Below are positions 61,871 to 64,000 of a DNA stretch of 64,000 nucleotides, in pieces. The stretch's first letter is position 1. Each line of letters begins with the position of its first letter. The translations under genes and the position numbers were made by a program. The stretch comes from the human T2T-CHM13v2.0 reference genome, Homo sapiens. The notes beneath the pieces were generated by a model that was given only the letters and a program-made list of their open reading frames with translations, was not told the DNA's origin and did no database searches. The DNA is taken from the NCBI RefSeq assembly GCF_009914755.1, contig NC_060933.1, one strand, 5' to 3'.

Positions 61871-64000
61871 TAAGTATGACTTTCCACTTGGTAGAGGGAA
61901 TAATTATAGCTGGCTAGTTGGAAAGGCCTGTGGAAAGGTAGACAAAAAAGTCTTGACTATAAAACTCCCACACAATGGAGAGAGGACTCCATTACAGAAC
62001 CATACAGCAAGATCCTCCCAGGGTATCAAGCCCTCAGCAGATATGAATTATTTTAACCTGTGGCTTTCTTGTTCACACTGCCCTTGTTTCTGATGGAATG
62101 CAATAGGAGTTACACTCAAGACATGTATAGCACTGTGGTCAAGCTAACAAAAGGAATATGGATCACAATTACCAGCAACCAATAGTAATAGAGGCTAATA
62201 TCTCTACCGGATATGTTTTATAAACAAAACTAGGAAACCCCACAAAAACCTGAGGCAAATACCGGGCATGTGCTACCAATCAGACACTACAATTAAGGTG
62301 TAGATATTCATGAAAAGCAAGATTTCTGCTATCTGGCATGGCCCAGAGAAAGAACATAAAATTCCTATTTTTTAGTCATTCCATGAACAAGGTAAGTTTG
62401 AAACACATACAAAAAAAGATAAAATAGTTCATTGAGAGAAGAAAGAATAAGAAAAATATCTAGGTGACAGAATAGAATTGAGGAATAAGGTTAGTATGCA
62501 ATCCTATGCATTCAATAATAGCCTACAGACTCTAAGCTTCCTAGAGACCAAAGCAAAGCGGGAAAGTGACAGTTACATAAGTCAGTCAAAATCAAATAAT
62601 CAGAAAAATAGATCTCATTGATTTTCAGATCTAAAAACGGCCACTTTTTGCACATAATATTTTCAACAACATCCCAATACAGGGTACAATAGTGAGTTTC
62701 ATATGACTGCAAATTACCATTTAAGTCAAGGGCAGAGTCTCATATTTTAAAGGATAGAATCCATAACAAATATAACATTAACTGTACTGGTCACAGTGAC
62801 AGCCCTCTTGGATGATTCAGAAGACATTCCAATAATTGCAGGGACTCAGGGCCCTCATTATGGGCACTAATTGTATTTTACTGTAATTGGGTAAAATTGC
62901 TACTTGAGAGTTCAAGTTGATAGAGTGCCAGATTAACTAATTTTCACCTTAATAAATGTGCGATTATTTATCAAAATTTTGAATCCCAATGCTGACACAC
63001 TTATAAATTATTTCTTACTCTGGGCACTACTTCACAGAGTTCAGATGATCCCATTGTGCAGACTGAAAGACTCGTGATTCCGAATTGTAAAGATTATTTA
63101 CAGCATAGACCCCAAAGCACTAAAATCCATTCATTTCTTTCTTCTAATCCAAAAGCCTCTGAGATGGCTTGTCTGCAGGGGTGCAGCAGCAGCACCATCT
63201 GTTTACTCTGGCCTCATTTGCCCGGATCAAGTAGAAAATTGAAGGCACTAAGCTGAATTTTTCAGAAACTTTGCAGTAATTGAAAAAAGAAGATGATAAA
63301 AAGAGAAAAGCTGTTTGGCCACTTAATTATACTGGTCACTCTATGGGCTACACAATAAAACTCACACATATTTTTGAAATAGCACCAAGCTAAGGGCATA
63401 CCATAACTCGAAGCACTATGTAGAGGAGCCCATCTACTCAAGTAGTCATTTAAAATTAGTATATGAAACTCAACCCTGCCGTCATTTATTATTGAAATTG
63501 CCTTAAGGTGATCTCAAAAAAAAAAAACTTCATCTTTTGATTTACCTCCTCCTCCCTTTTCTAAAAGTAGCAAATGAAATTTGTGGGATTAGCCTCTTAG
63601 GAGCAAATTGACAGAGACAAAATGTAACCATGAGCTAATTCTTGGCAGGGCCCAGAAGGGACGTGCCAAGAGGACATGGGTGGATCATGGGAGAATTGAT
63701 TGGAAAGATTCTGTGTTCCCAGAAGAGAGCAGGCTTCAGTGGTTTCTCTCAAGTTTTATTGCACGTTAGCACAGCCATATGCTCTGCTCATGTGAGCAGC
63801 ACCTGGGGGGAGTACATTGGCTTCAGACTCAAGTGGAGACTTGGGAAGTTTGTTTAGTAAATGAGACCTGCGATAACTGCAGAAGCGGCCCCTGTCCTCC
63901 ACTTATACATAATGTATTTCTTCACACAGTCTATGAGAGTTAGGTTTTTTTTTTTTTCCATTCCATGTCCACCAAGAGAAGAAAAAAAAAACCTTTCTGT

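Overview
Primate (very likely human) AT-rich, CpG-depleted non-coding genomic DNA, either intergenic or deep in a long intron. I find no cellular protein-coding exon, RNA gene or CRISPR array. Roughly two thirds of the window is interspersed repeat: nine L1 insertions, all with their bodies on the + strand, including a disrupted ~5.1 kb L1PA3/4-like copy whose 5' part is inverted and which sits inside an older L1MA; 12 Alu copies; a two-LTR THE1 (MaLR) element; solo LTRs (MER11, MLT2A, THE1D/MSTA-like, MLT1, ERV1-type); DNA transposon fossils (Tigger3b, MER2, MER103-like); MIR and L2 fragments; and microsatellites. Almost every ORF in the supplied track comes from repeats or chance. Repeat family names are from recalled consensus sequences, not a database search. 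I cannot support a previously undescribed biological system. The most interesting signals are repair and retrotransposition scars that the repeat annotation does not explain: a ~190 bp polyadenylated orphan retrocopy with target-site duplications (41554-41745), a ~165 bp local templated duplication inside an L1MD (38457-38624, copied from 37013-37173), a micro-inversion with duplication at the MER11 LTR terminus (21748-21792), ~250 bp of foreign DNA inside Tigger3b, and a fold-back patch in an AluJ. There are also DUX4-type motifs in three LTRs and several repeat-free, motif-dense candidate enhancers.
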